Position numbers and translations under genes: made by a program | Part shown: positions 38,183 to 49,059 of the stretch, piece after piece | Numbering within the stretch: the stretch's first letter is position 1 | How the letters are laid out: each line of letters begins with the position of its first letter | The notes under the pieces: generated by a model | What the model was told of the DNA's origin: nothing | Seen by the model: the letters and a program-made list of their open reading frames with translations, nothing else | The model's database searches: none | NCBI GenBank assembly: GCA_004431415.1 | Contig: QPMI01000063.1 | Span: 153,210 to 217,209 of the forward strand | Reading direction: 5' to 3' | Length of the DNA stretch: 64,000 bases | From: Cyanophora paradoxa CCMP329 | Taxonomy: Eukaryota > Plantae > Glaucophyta

Positions 38183-38503
38183 TGAACTTCGGAATTTCGG
38201 CATACTATGATAACCTCGCGGCGCCGAATATTTGAAACTGCCAGAATTGTGCAGATGTATGGCATAAGAGGGATTGGTCACCTCACTGAGTCAGTCGGCC
38301 AATTTGGTGAGTCAATGATGACTCAGTCGGGTCAGTCAGACCCTCTGACTTTGACTGACAGTGACTGAACCCAGCCCTAGTATATATATATGCATGTCTG
38401 CAGACTGCACTGCAGGCCCGAGGCCGCGGAGCCGGGCCCTCACTGGCCCCTCAGCCGGCCCGGAGGGCTTCTTGTTCAATGAGTGTTCTACCGTATTACG
38501 TTG

Positions 38504-38505
<2 letters not shown>

Positions 38506-38582
<77 letters not shown>
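38506..38582. repeat. (TA)n microsatellite, about 38 units
   Basis: Directly visible. Confidence 0.98.
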
Positions 38583-38585
<3 letters not shown>

Positions 38586-39098
38586 ATATCCATGATCATC
38601 GCGCCATGATCATGATGGCCCAGTGCCATTGGCCATGATCATGATGGGTCATTAATATTTGATTTATGGCATGCCTCCGGGCCTCCGGCACTGGACCGGC
38701 AGTCTCCGGGATAAACTGCCAGGCTGGTATGATATTTCATACTACTGCCAGTCTACTGGTATGCCATGATGCCATGATGAGTCTATGATGTATACGTAGC
38801 TATAGAATAATCATGATGGCACGATCATGATCATGATTCATGACATGATCAGGTCGGTGGTACGGACTATACCCCTAGCTACCGGTATAGCCTATAGGCT
38901 ATACTATGATAGACCGTCGGACGGTGCTCTTACTAAGTTATCTTAGTTATTTTGCTTTTTTGTCTTTATGCCCCCTGGGCAGCCCCCGCACTGGGCCCGC
39001 AGTGCTGGTGTCTACTAGTAGACTCTAGAGACTGTGGCCGGTAATTCACCAAAAAAAGGTCCGTATATATTACGTATATATTTCTTGGGCCAGTACTA

Positions 39099-39336
39099 CT
39101 GTAAACGTACGAATTTCCGCCAGCGTTTAATTTCGACTATATTCGCCAGACCCTCGCGCTGTCGAATATTTGACACTGGCGAATTAAGCCTTTGTATCGA
39201 GAGAAGGGTACCAGCGGCTGACCTCTCTATGGCGAAGTCGCAGGGTGTCGAAATCAAGACGCTGGCGGACTAATTTTCGACAGAATTTTCGGGTTTTGTC
39301 GAATTAAAGTGCTGGCGGATATTAGTACGTTTACAG
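39099..39336. mobile_element. Tc1/mariner-type MITE family Z
   Basis: TA flanks. 26-bp TIR ctgtaaacgtac(g/t)aat(t/a)tccgccagc. Confidence 0.85.
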
Positions 39337-39488
39337 TACCGAACACTGTGACAGTAGTACTAGCACTGCCGCAGACAGGCCCGCGGGGCCCCGCCGCGCC
39401 GCGGCGGCCCCCGCGGCCCCCGCGCTGCACTTGGCCCAGCCTGAGTACTAGTACTTACTGCTCAGTAGTAGAGTCAGTACTACCGGTA

Positions 39489-39749
39489 CCGTAGAACACA
39501 TAAATACCGCGCCCACTTAATTACCGCGGTACCAAATTACCGCGCCGAGAATTTGTTAAAACGCGGTAATTTGGTCCCGCGGTAATTTGTTGCTGAGAGC
39601 TCGCCCCATACAGTACCCCCCCAAATACCGCCCCATACAAGCCTCAAATTTGTAAAAACGCGGTAATTTGGTACCGCGGTATTTTGCTCTCTGGCGGGCC
39701 GCGTTTTTAAACGCGGTAATTTATGCCGCGGTAATTTAGTGCCCGACGG
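39489..39749 (+). mobile_element. MITE family Y, copy 2
   Basis: Reverse complement of 37235-37499. TA flanks. Confidence 0.85.
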
Positions 39750-39814
39750 TAGTTGTGACTCGTCTAACTTGTGAGTCACTACTGAGTACTACCGTATATA
39801 CGTATTACGTAGTA

Positions 39815-40187
39815 CCGTAGAACACTTAAGTAATGCGCGCACTTAATTAATGCGCATGCGCCCCCGAATTAATGCGCCCCCCGGCCACACTGCCGCCACA
39901 GCCTCTAGTCTACTCCAGCTGCGGCTGAGCTGCCCAGCACTGTGGGGGCGTGTACGGTATACAGGCAAAAATGCGTTTTCCGGCAGCAAAACGCATTAAT
40001 TCGGGGGCGCATTAATATCGAAACGCTAAGAAACTGCAGTATGTACCCCCCAACCGCGGCCAAAAAGCTTCAAAACGCATTAATTCGGTGGCGCATTATT
40101 AGCTATATATATATAGGGGTCCCGGGTCCGGCCCGTCCGGGTCCAAAAACGCATTAATATCGGGCGCATTAATTATGTGTTTTACGG
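39815..40187 (-). mobile_element. MITE family X, copy 2 (with about 100 bp of extra internal sequence)
   Basis: Reverse complement of 36334-36580. TA flanks. Confidence 0.85.
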
Positions 40188-40302
40188 TACGCCGTACGGT
40201 GGGGCGCGCGGCGATTCTTCTCGGCCCGAGTCGGCGGCGGACCTCCCGGAGTCCCGTGACTCCCGTAGCAGCTGAGCCGTAGGGCCGTACTACGGTAGCG
40301 TA

Positions 40303-40633
40303 CTGTAGAATGCAAAACTTTATTAGTCTGAAATATTTATTAGTCCGGGGTTTTGGCATCTTTATTACCTAGTAAATATTTATGACTTGGCGCTGAGAGC
40401 TTTATCAGCGGCCTTTATTAGGGGGTGCCTCCCGCCCCCGACCCCCCTCCCCAGGTCGCGCACTGTGCTCACAGCTCTCGGTGGCATGCTTTTCCTGCGC
40501 TGCGCTACTCATGGCTGCGCCGACTAGGCTGAAGGGTCTACCCCCTCTTTATTAGTCTAAAATCTTTATTAGAGCGGCCTGGCAACTTTAGTAATAAAAA
40601 TATCCCTCATAATAACTATTTTGCATTCTACAG
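40303..40633. mobile_element. Tc1/mariner-type MITE family W
   Basis: TA flanks. Perfect 15-bp TIR ctgtagaatgcaaaa. Internal tttattag repeats. Confidence 0.85.
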
Positions 40634-40827
40634 TACTACGGACCAGTCTACGGACCAGACTACGGTACTTTGGTACGGTAGACCTGCTGAGCGAACGTCT
40701 TATGATCAATGATCATAAGTTAGGCCGCCATACTATGAATTTAGAGCGAACGTTAGCCTGGCACGGTTAGGCCGCCATATATAGCTATAGATCGATATCT
40801 AGAGCGAACGCCGTGTGACGTCTCATG

Positions 40828-40936
40828 GTCTGGACTCTGGAGTCCGACGGTCTGGAGTGACAGTGGAGTCCGAGTGGAGTCTGGACTCTGTGGAGTCCGA
40901 CGGTCTGGACTCTGGAGTCTGGACTCTGGAGTCTGG
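40828..40936. repeat. Degenerate 7-bp tandem repeat tctgga(c/g)
   Basis: Directly visible. Confidence 0.7.
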
Positions 40937-41046
40937 GGCCCTGGGCCGGCCCCGGCCGGGGGCTCTACCGTAGTACTAGTACTAGTAGTATAGGCTTAGT
41001 AGGCTGTAGCCTGTAGGCTGTAGGTAAAGTTGCAAGCCAGCAGCCA

Positions 41047-41502
41047 TTTTTTTTTTTTTTGAAGTTTGTGGTGTCATTCCTTACATGCACACCACCCCAC
41101 CGTCCGTCACATCCACCGGCACGAGGGCTACTCTACTACTGTGAGCGGGTACGTCGTAGTCCAACTAACTATGTGTCCGGTCTTGCCGAGCCAGTTCTCC
41201 CAGAGCTGATTGTACCCTTCAGACATAATCCTCCGGAGCCTCCAATGGGGCCGCAGCTGAAGATGCGTGTGTCCACAGTCGTGAGTCTTCGGCATGATGT
41301 ACCCAGTTGCACGGTCCTAGTTGCTTGCTTGATGGCTCCTATGCTTGGCCGTGTTGGGACCAGGAGCTCGGTACCCCTTGCGGGGCCCCGAGGTCGGGGT
41401 TTCTCCGGGATTTGAAGCGGGTTCGGTAGTTCCGGTCCGGATTCGAACCGGGGTCCTCTGAGCGGTAAGGCCGACACCTTATCCACTCGACTATGCCTCC
41501 CC
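41047..41502 (-). mobile_element. tRNA-derived SINE, full length
   Basis: Pol III A box TAGTCGAGTGG (41483-41493) and B box GGTTCGAATCC (41439-41449) on the minus strand. Poly(A)14 tail (T-run 41047-41060). Perfect 17-bp TSD ttgcaagccagcagcca (41030-41046 and 41503-41519). Confidence 0.93.
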
Positions 41503-41715
41503 TTGCAAGCCAGCAGCCAGCAAAGTACAAATTAAGTTCCGAAGTTCAACGGTTGCAAAGTTGTAGGCTGCCAGCACTGCGGCAGCAGCTGGCAGCCAGC
41601 AGCCGCAGTAGTCTAGACTCTTGAGTCTGAGTCTAGACTCTGAGATCTAGACGCTCAGAGTCTATAGCTAGATCTAGACGCCCGCGCCGTGGCCGCGCGC
41701 ACGGCGAAGTCGAAG

Positions 41716-44700
41716 ATGGCCATGGGTCGTGAGAGCCCGGCCACACGCGCGCTCCTAGCGCTTGCTATCGCGCTCCTGGCCGCCGCCTTCTCCGGCGTGT
41801 CGGCCGGCGCAACCGGTGCGCGCGCTTGTCCAGCTGTAACCGTACTCGAAGTTGAAGTTGCGCTGCGCAGCCGAGTACCACATCCGCACGCTGTACAATG
41901 ACGGCCTCAACCAGGCGGCCACCGCCAACCCGACGCTCAAGCGGGCGGGGGCGGCCAGCGTGTACTACAAGGACCCCTCGGGCAACGCCCGGATGCTCAT
42001 CCACGGCGGCCAGAAGGGCGGCAGCGGAGACGCGTTCGAGGAGTGGCGGCCACACGATCTTGTAACAGATCCGCAAAATCCCAACAACAAACTGTGGAAC
42101 TATCAAAACGAGGCGGGGGTGACGAAGATGCAGGCTGTCACTGCAGCGCTTCTCGACGACTTCTGGTCCGCAGACATCAGTGCGTTTGACCTTCGATATA
42201 GTAATATAGATCATGACTTTTTTGGAGACATTTATGATGCGGCTGTTTGTTTAGACAGCTAATGTGGGGAAAACGCAGGCGGCGGCCCTATCTCGGTCTG
42301 GTCGTTCACGAAGGCGCCGCTCACTGCGCCGAACGCAACGATCTGGTCGCACTGCGCCTGGGACGAGGTCGTCGGCGAGTCCAGCAGGATCTACTGCGGC
42401 GGCGGCGTCTCGGGCGTCAAGTACGATCTGTTGAATTCGGGTGATGAAACTTCGCCGAAGGTCCCCTACTATCCGCTCTCCTCGGACAAGTTCTACAGCG
42501 TGGACACCAGCCTGGGAACGATCACCGAGCTCGCGCCCATCCCTAACGGTGGCGTCTACGGCGCGTGCATGACTGCCTTCGAAGATGGCGTCTGGGTACA
42601 TTTATCTCACATAATCATACTGCCTACAATCATTTTAGTCAATTTTTCGCACCTCTCAGATTGTGGGGGGGCGTACGGGGTTACCGGATGGAACCTCCGG
42701 CAACAATATCAACATATACCGGTGCGCGCGGCGCTTATCGATTACTGCAAACGTTTCTGAAGATTCATAACGGTACCGAAATTGTGCAGGTACAACATCA
42801 CGAACGGCACGTGGGAGACGATTCTCGATTTTCCCAACCCTCCGGATTACGCTGGGGGAAATGTGGACACGACCACGTTGGGGAATAAAGTTCACAAAAA
42901 TGCCTTCATGAGCTGCGCGCGCGACGGTCCGATATGCCGGAGCTCGAGTTTTCTATGTGTAACTTCAACCTTCGTTAACACACCATGATCACAGGAAAGA
43001 ACTGGTACGTCGTTGGTGGCATCGACTTGGACAGAGCACTCGACTTCGATTTTGCGTCTCCCGCATCAGCGATATTGATGGATCCAAACGCGAGCCCCGC
43101 GGCCGCATCCAGGATGAACGCCCTCTTGTGCGCGAATTCGTTTACGCTGGATTTCGCGTACCATCTTTCATTTCATTTATTAATAGTGCGACGCCGGCCC
43201 GGCATCGCATGCGCAGCGTCATCGACTTGCAAGCTCGCAACATGTCGGAGCACCTCGACGTCTGGCCCAGGCCATCGGAAACGAAGACGTTGACGTCAAG
43301 CACAGCCGCTGCGGCAGCACTAGAACTAACGGAAGTCGATGACACTTACGCGGCGGCCCTTGAAGCGCCGTATGTCGGGATTTGCAACAACAAGCTCTTT
43401 ATGTACAGCCTCGTCTCTTTCAGCGGGTGGTCCGGCATAGAGAACGTCGGAAATATGTCCAAAGAGGGGAGCTGGACCGGCGACGCAACCGTTGCGGTTT
43501 ACGATCCACAGAGTGCGCAGCGGGTGAATTCGAAGTAGGCTATACTATATTCTTTGAGCATATGCGTTTGCGTGAAATATATACCGTTCCCGCTGATTGC
43601 CTTGCATTAATTGCAAAATCCGATCACAGCCGGCAACGTGACCAACCTCAAGACCGCCCCGTCGAGCATGGTGTACCTGGACACCAGCTTCCCGTCCCCC
43701 GGCCAGATGACCTTCGGCACAACGGACACGGCGGTCACCTGGACGGCGGGCACTGACTTCATCAACGACAAGGCGACCTCGCAGGCGGCGCTGACGAGCA
43801 CTGCGCTCACAAGCGCTCATCGGAAGCGCCCCCTCTTGGCGTTCGGGGCGAGTGCGTACGACGGTGACTGCAACATGTGCGCGTTTTGTAACATACTTTT
43901 CTTTGTTTGCGCAAGCCACGCTCACAATGCACCCGGCACGTTGCAGATACGTGGTTGGAGGCTACCGAAGCCGACGAATCGACACCACGCGGACCTGCAC
44001 GGCGAAAACGCTGTCAAGGGTTATACCGGTGTCTAAGGGTGTCGATGGAAACGGCGACCCTATCTTGGAAGACCATACCTTCTCGGCCACTGGCTTTGCA
44101 ACAACCTGCCCGGCCCTGACCAGCCCGGCGGCGTGGGTGCGGTCCGAGGCGTGGGGAATGCGCCGTGCGTGGTCCCCGCTGTAGATCAACAAACTACGAT
44201 TTTCCCCGCGCGCGTGAGCGCTGACGGCTGCGCCTTCGCGATCGTACGGCAGTGTTCACTGGGCCGCTCGCACCGCAGCCGACTCGGCCGCCGACGCCGA
44301 CGCCCAGCCAGACGCCCAGCCCGTCTCCCACGCCGTCGCAAACGCCTTCTCCGTCCCCCACGCCTACGCCGTCTCCGACTCCGGCGCCCGAGCCCGAGCC
44401 CACGCCGACCCCCGTCGTCGAGGTCACGACCCCGGGCCCGGGCCCGGTCGACTCCAGCTCTCCTCCCACTGGAGGCTCGTGCTCGGTCTCCCCGCTCTCC
44501 GCCCAGGCGGCCCTCGACAAGGTCACGGTAAGCCAGTCTTGAGCACTCGTGACTAATTATATAAGCCCGTGCACGACAACGTAAATCGAGCCCTCGTCTC
44601 AAATCAGCCTGCAGGTGACATGCTCTGGCTGGCAGTCCGCGTCTACTCCCCTCGTGTGAGCAGCCTGACAGCTGCATACATATCAGCAAAATTGCTTTGA

Positions 44701-47101
44701 CTTCCGCACACATCAATATCTGATGCAGGTACACTGTCCGCGCCGACATCTTCACCTCGCCGCTCGCGATCGACTCTACCACGCCGACCATCGACTTCTT
44801 CTTCCCTTCTGTGCGTCTTCCTCGATAGATCTAGATAGAATTAATGCACTCAAGGCACGGAAATGAGTTCCGTGTTGCAGAACGACGGCACGACGAAGAC
44901 CGCCAAGCTCACGGTCGTCGTCAAGGACACGAAGGGGCTCACCGCCTCCTTCCCCATCACCACTGCGGTGGAGGTGAAGCCGCTGGTATCCACGAACAAC
45001 TCTGCGGACGCCGTGGCCGCTTTCAAGGTGCTTCCCTTATGAATGCGAAACCGTCCGCTCTCTTGCGTTGGCAATCGCTCACGCGTGTATCGCAGAGTGT
45101 TGTCGACACGTTCAACTCGCAGATGACGGCGATCACCCAGGTCCGCGTTTCAGACACTTTCATGATCAGCCAGTGGTTTCTTCGCCCGCGATCGTACCTT
45201 GACGCCCTGCGGCAGAGCAACGACGCGTTCGAGACTAAGCTGCAGAAGATCCTCGCCCTGGTCGAGACGCTGAAGTCCTACTACAGCAGCGCGTCCGGCG
45301 TGAAGCTGCGCCTGCGGCGCGCCCTGCGGCAGACCACCGGGGCCAGCAGCGACCTCCTCTCGTCCCTCTCCGGGGCCCTTACCAACGTCATGAACGTTCG
45401 CGGATTTTGAGATTCGGGGTCGCGCTCGTCCATCTCGACCGCATTCTGATCATGAACGATGTTTTTCACTGCAGGTCGTCAATCAAGAGGCCACGAAGTC
45501 TGGCGTGAACCTCGCCGATGCCAAGGTGCTCGCGATCGATGTGAACGGCTCCTGTGCGCAACTGCTCTGTCTAAACTTGAGCCCACCGCTCGTCAGACCG
45601 CTGGCTCGCTCGTCACGTTCTTCGCTTCGGTCGCTCCCGTCGCCGCGAAGACCGGCGCCGTCTCGGTTCGTTTAGATCACACTTGGAGTTTTGCAGAAAG
45701 CTGCCAGGAGGCTGACGCAAGCCGAACGCGCGCAGGAAACGTCCGCTATTCAGGGGGCGCAGCTTCTTCTGAAGGTCATGCAGGCTTTCCCGGTTCGCCT
45801 TTGTTATCCGTTTACATTAATTTCAGCTTTCCGCTTGCTTCTTAATTTTCTTCTTCGTTCTGCAGAACCTCACAAACACTCCTGGAATCGACGCCAAGGT
45901 GATCCTTCTTAAGATTTTGCCGTCTCTTGGGGTGCCCCTGTTTGATCGGAGCCTCTCTCTGTGTCGCAGAGCCTCCAGACGAGCCTCTCGGGCCTGCTGT
46001 CTGCCCTTCCCGCGACGTCCACCGCCGCGGCCTCCATCCGCGCCGAGACGCAGACCAAGCTCAACGAGGTCGCCGCCAAGGTCCGCGGGGGGCGGATTTC
46101 GCTGACGCGCATGCTCGCAAGCTTTGATTATAAAAATTAACATGCGCTTCCGCAGATTACGCTGTCGAGCTCGACCACGCCCTGCGGCGAGCAGGTGCGC
46201 ACATCGGACGTCGATCCCGTGAGCTTCAAGGTGCGCCGGCTTGTCTGATCATGATTTGGAGCGATTTGCTTTCTTTGGCTGAGTCTGAATCCGGCGTCGG
46301 TGACCAGGTGTGCCCCGGCACCGCCTCGTCTCGCACCCTCTCCTTCAAGACCTCGACGGCGGCCGACGCCCCCACTGCCACGGTGATGCCTTGCCGCCTC
46401 GTGTACCGAAGGGGGGCCTGCTGACTCGCTGCTTTCTAATGTCGCAGGTCACATTCCCGGCCGACGCGTCGACAACGAACTTCCAGGTCAGCTTCGAATT
46501 CGGCTCTTCGACCACAAATTTCGGAAGGGTCAATTGCGGCTGACCGCCCTCGCAGGTCCTGGTCAACCTGCCCGCGGCCTCGTCCTTCCCCTCTCCGCCG
46601 GCCACCTACTCCCTCATCTCGCCCGTCCTCGACATCACCGCGACGGGCCTCGACGGGAGCGGCAACCCGGTCGCCATCACGAGCTTCCCGGGGAAGATCA
46701 CCTTCAGCGTGCCGGCCAACGCGAACTTCGCCCCGTCCTCGGCCAAGAGCGTCTTCCTGGGCTTCTTCAACACGAAGACGACTCCGACGAAGTGGGACGT
46801 CGGCTGCGGCGAGGCGACGCGCTCCGGCAGCTCCTACACCGCCACCTGCGACCACCTCACCGCCGTGCGCGCGCGTCTCGCGCGCCGTTGAAGTTGAGCG
46901 CTTCTTACATCGAGGCTGACTAAATTGCACCGTTTTGGCGCCCCGCAGTTCGGGCTCATGGGCTACTCCCCGGTCCTCGGCGTCAACTCCGTCCCGTACT
47001 GGCCGGGCAACTCTGCCCTCGCCCAGCACGGCCCCTCGGCGCTGCTGAGCCTCCTCTTCGCTGCCGCCGTCGCGGCGTTCGCAGCCCGGCGGATGTGGTA
47101 G
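41716..47101 (+). CDS. Surface protein paralog C: signal peptide, kelch beta-propeller, P/T/S stalk, REJ-like/helical region, GAIN-GPS-like motif, GPI-type tail
   Basis: Signal ALLALAIALLAAAFSGVSA. Kelch GG motifs MLIHGG, IYCGGG, WYVVGG and YVVGGY. Stalk PTPTPSQTPSPSPTP. VTCSGWQS, FLGFFNTKTTPTKWDVGC..YTATCDHLTA|F and SVPYWPGNSA..ALLSLLFAAAVAAFAARRMW*. Confidence 0.82.
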
Positions 47102-49059
47102 ACTACCCCCTAGCCTTTAATTATTGCGGATCACGAATAAACTGTCAGCCGCTCTGTCGTATATCAGCGGATTCGTAAACATGACTAAATTACAGATGCT
47201 TGTCATTATTGACTCAACTATAGATGCTTGTCATTAATCTGCAATCTAGACCTGCAAGTTTTCGTCATTTCGTTAGGCAGGAATGTACACGCATATGCAC
47301 ACACCCTTTCGTTTCGCTAGTTTAAATTTCGTTTTCGCTTCAATTTTTGTGAGCTGGTCAAGTTAGGCAATCAGTGAGTAGTGACTGTCATTCTCGAATT
47401 CAAAGTAGTGACTGTCATTCTCGAATTCATTCTCGACTGGTCAATTAAGCACATTGCAATTGACAAGTTGCACGAAGCCCGAGTTGCGCAATACGTATAT
47501 ATATATTTCGCATGCACGCGCATGACGCACCGATGTCCTGGCATTCTCAAGGCACGTTTACGTTCGAGCTCAATAATCAAGAAGCATACGACTTATAATT
47601 AGCTGTCGATCCTTCAGAAACACACTACTAGGCTAGACACAGAAATAACGACGCGCCAGCATATTATCCAGAACTTTTAAAGAGCTCGAGCTCGCAGGCC
47701 AGGAAGCCGAGCCGACTGTGATATCGAGTCTCGAACAAGCAGGGGGGCAAGCGAGCCCCCCCGCACTCCCCCATTTACTGATGACATAGCGAAAGAAATT
47801 CACATGCCGAATTCAAATTCGGTTTAATTTAGATTCGCGATTAGAATTCTAGAAATAGAATTCATATAATTAGACCTGCAACTGAATTCGAACCTCCGAG
47901 GCTCACGAATTCGATCGAGTCGAGGAACCGGCACGGTGCAGCGAATTCGAACGTGTCGACAATGACTCGACATCGATATCAGCGCGCGCCGTCGGCCGCA
48001 CTGACCGTCCGCCGCTCTTTCGATCGTGAACACATGCGCATCTGATATAGATCTAGACCGTCGGGCTACTAGTACTCGGTTCCAGGAGGGGACCCCGCCG
48101 GGGTCGATTGCGATTGCAGGCACACACCTCTATCTACGCGACCGAGGGGTGCCACGCGACGGCCCCCGCGCCTCGCCGGGAGGGGCGTAGGGCCACAGGA
48201 CTGTAGCCTAGAAGTGGACTGCGGATAGCTGATAAGACCGACGCAAAAAGGTAATATCCGGAACTGGACTGGGAGTCTACGGGGCGATTCCTATAGGCTG
48301 GGCGTCGAAGGCTACGGTCACGTGCGTCGAAAATAGGGCTGCCGGACCGGACCCGTCGGGGCATGGGGACGCCCGCTAGAGGGCTGGGTCGTCAGGGCCG
48401 CCAGGGGCCGCCCCGCGACCCTAGTCCGCCACGCGGCGAGTAGAGCTGGCGCCCCCTAACGGGCACCAGGTTCTCGTCTCCGGAATGCTATGGCGAGCGA
48501 GAAAGACTACGTATATACGGAGGGGAAAACAAGGAAGGACTGATCTCGAGGAGGTCCGGGTCTCTAGTCAGGTCTAGGTTAGGATCATAATGTGCGAACG
48601 AGTCGAGTGCCTGCGGTTCACTGCTCTAGCTATGTACATGATGACGCAGGTGGCCAAGGGCGTTAGGCTACCTACAATTGCAAAAGAGACTGCGAGAAGA
48701 TCGGAATCACTCGGGGACGGGAGCGGTACGGGGAGGGGAGGGGTCGAGGGGGAGCAGGGGGGGGGCTAAGGGCTAGCTATATAGTATATATACGTAGGAG
48801 CTGTCGTCGGAGTTGTAGGCCCAGGTCGTTGCCGCCGCGCTGGCGGCGGGGTGCGCCGCGGCCGCGGGGGCGGCCCGCTCCGCCGCCCGGCGGCGGCCGC
48901 CGTAACAGTCCGGCGCCCGGGGAAAAAAGCTATGGTGGGGAAACTGGAAATTAGACCGTTTTCCTCCGAACAGCAAGGGTTCCAATCCCGGGAACTGGGT
49001 TTGCATGACCGGGGGAGAGCACCGTTGGGGATACGCTAGCTAGCCGTTGCCGCCGCAGC

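Noticed and set aside
38336-38629. ORF containing a (YI)n run
   Set aside because: It is the translation of the (TA)n microsatellite.
36334-40187. CRISPR-like or iteron arrays (ttaatgcg, aattaccgcg repeats)
   Set aside because: The repeats are 8-10 bp, in both orientations, irregularly spaced and inside TIR elements. The context is eukaryotic with no cas genes.
36334-40187. A single composite transposon with long TIRs
   Set aside because: Each X and Y copy has its own two termini and TA flanks, the spacers between them are unrelated (about 650 vs 65 bp), and no transposase is present.
41430-41502. tRNA gene on the minus strand
   Set aside because: It has A/B boxes and a T-loop but no pairing acceptor stem. 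It is the head of a poly(A)-tailed, TSD-flanked SINE.
47738-47765. GC hairpin ggggggcaagcgagcccccc as a Helitron or LTR terminus
   Set aside because: No matching second terminus, TSD or correctly spaced CTRR could be identified.
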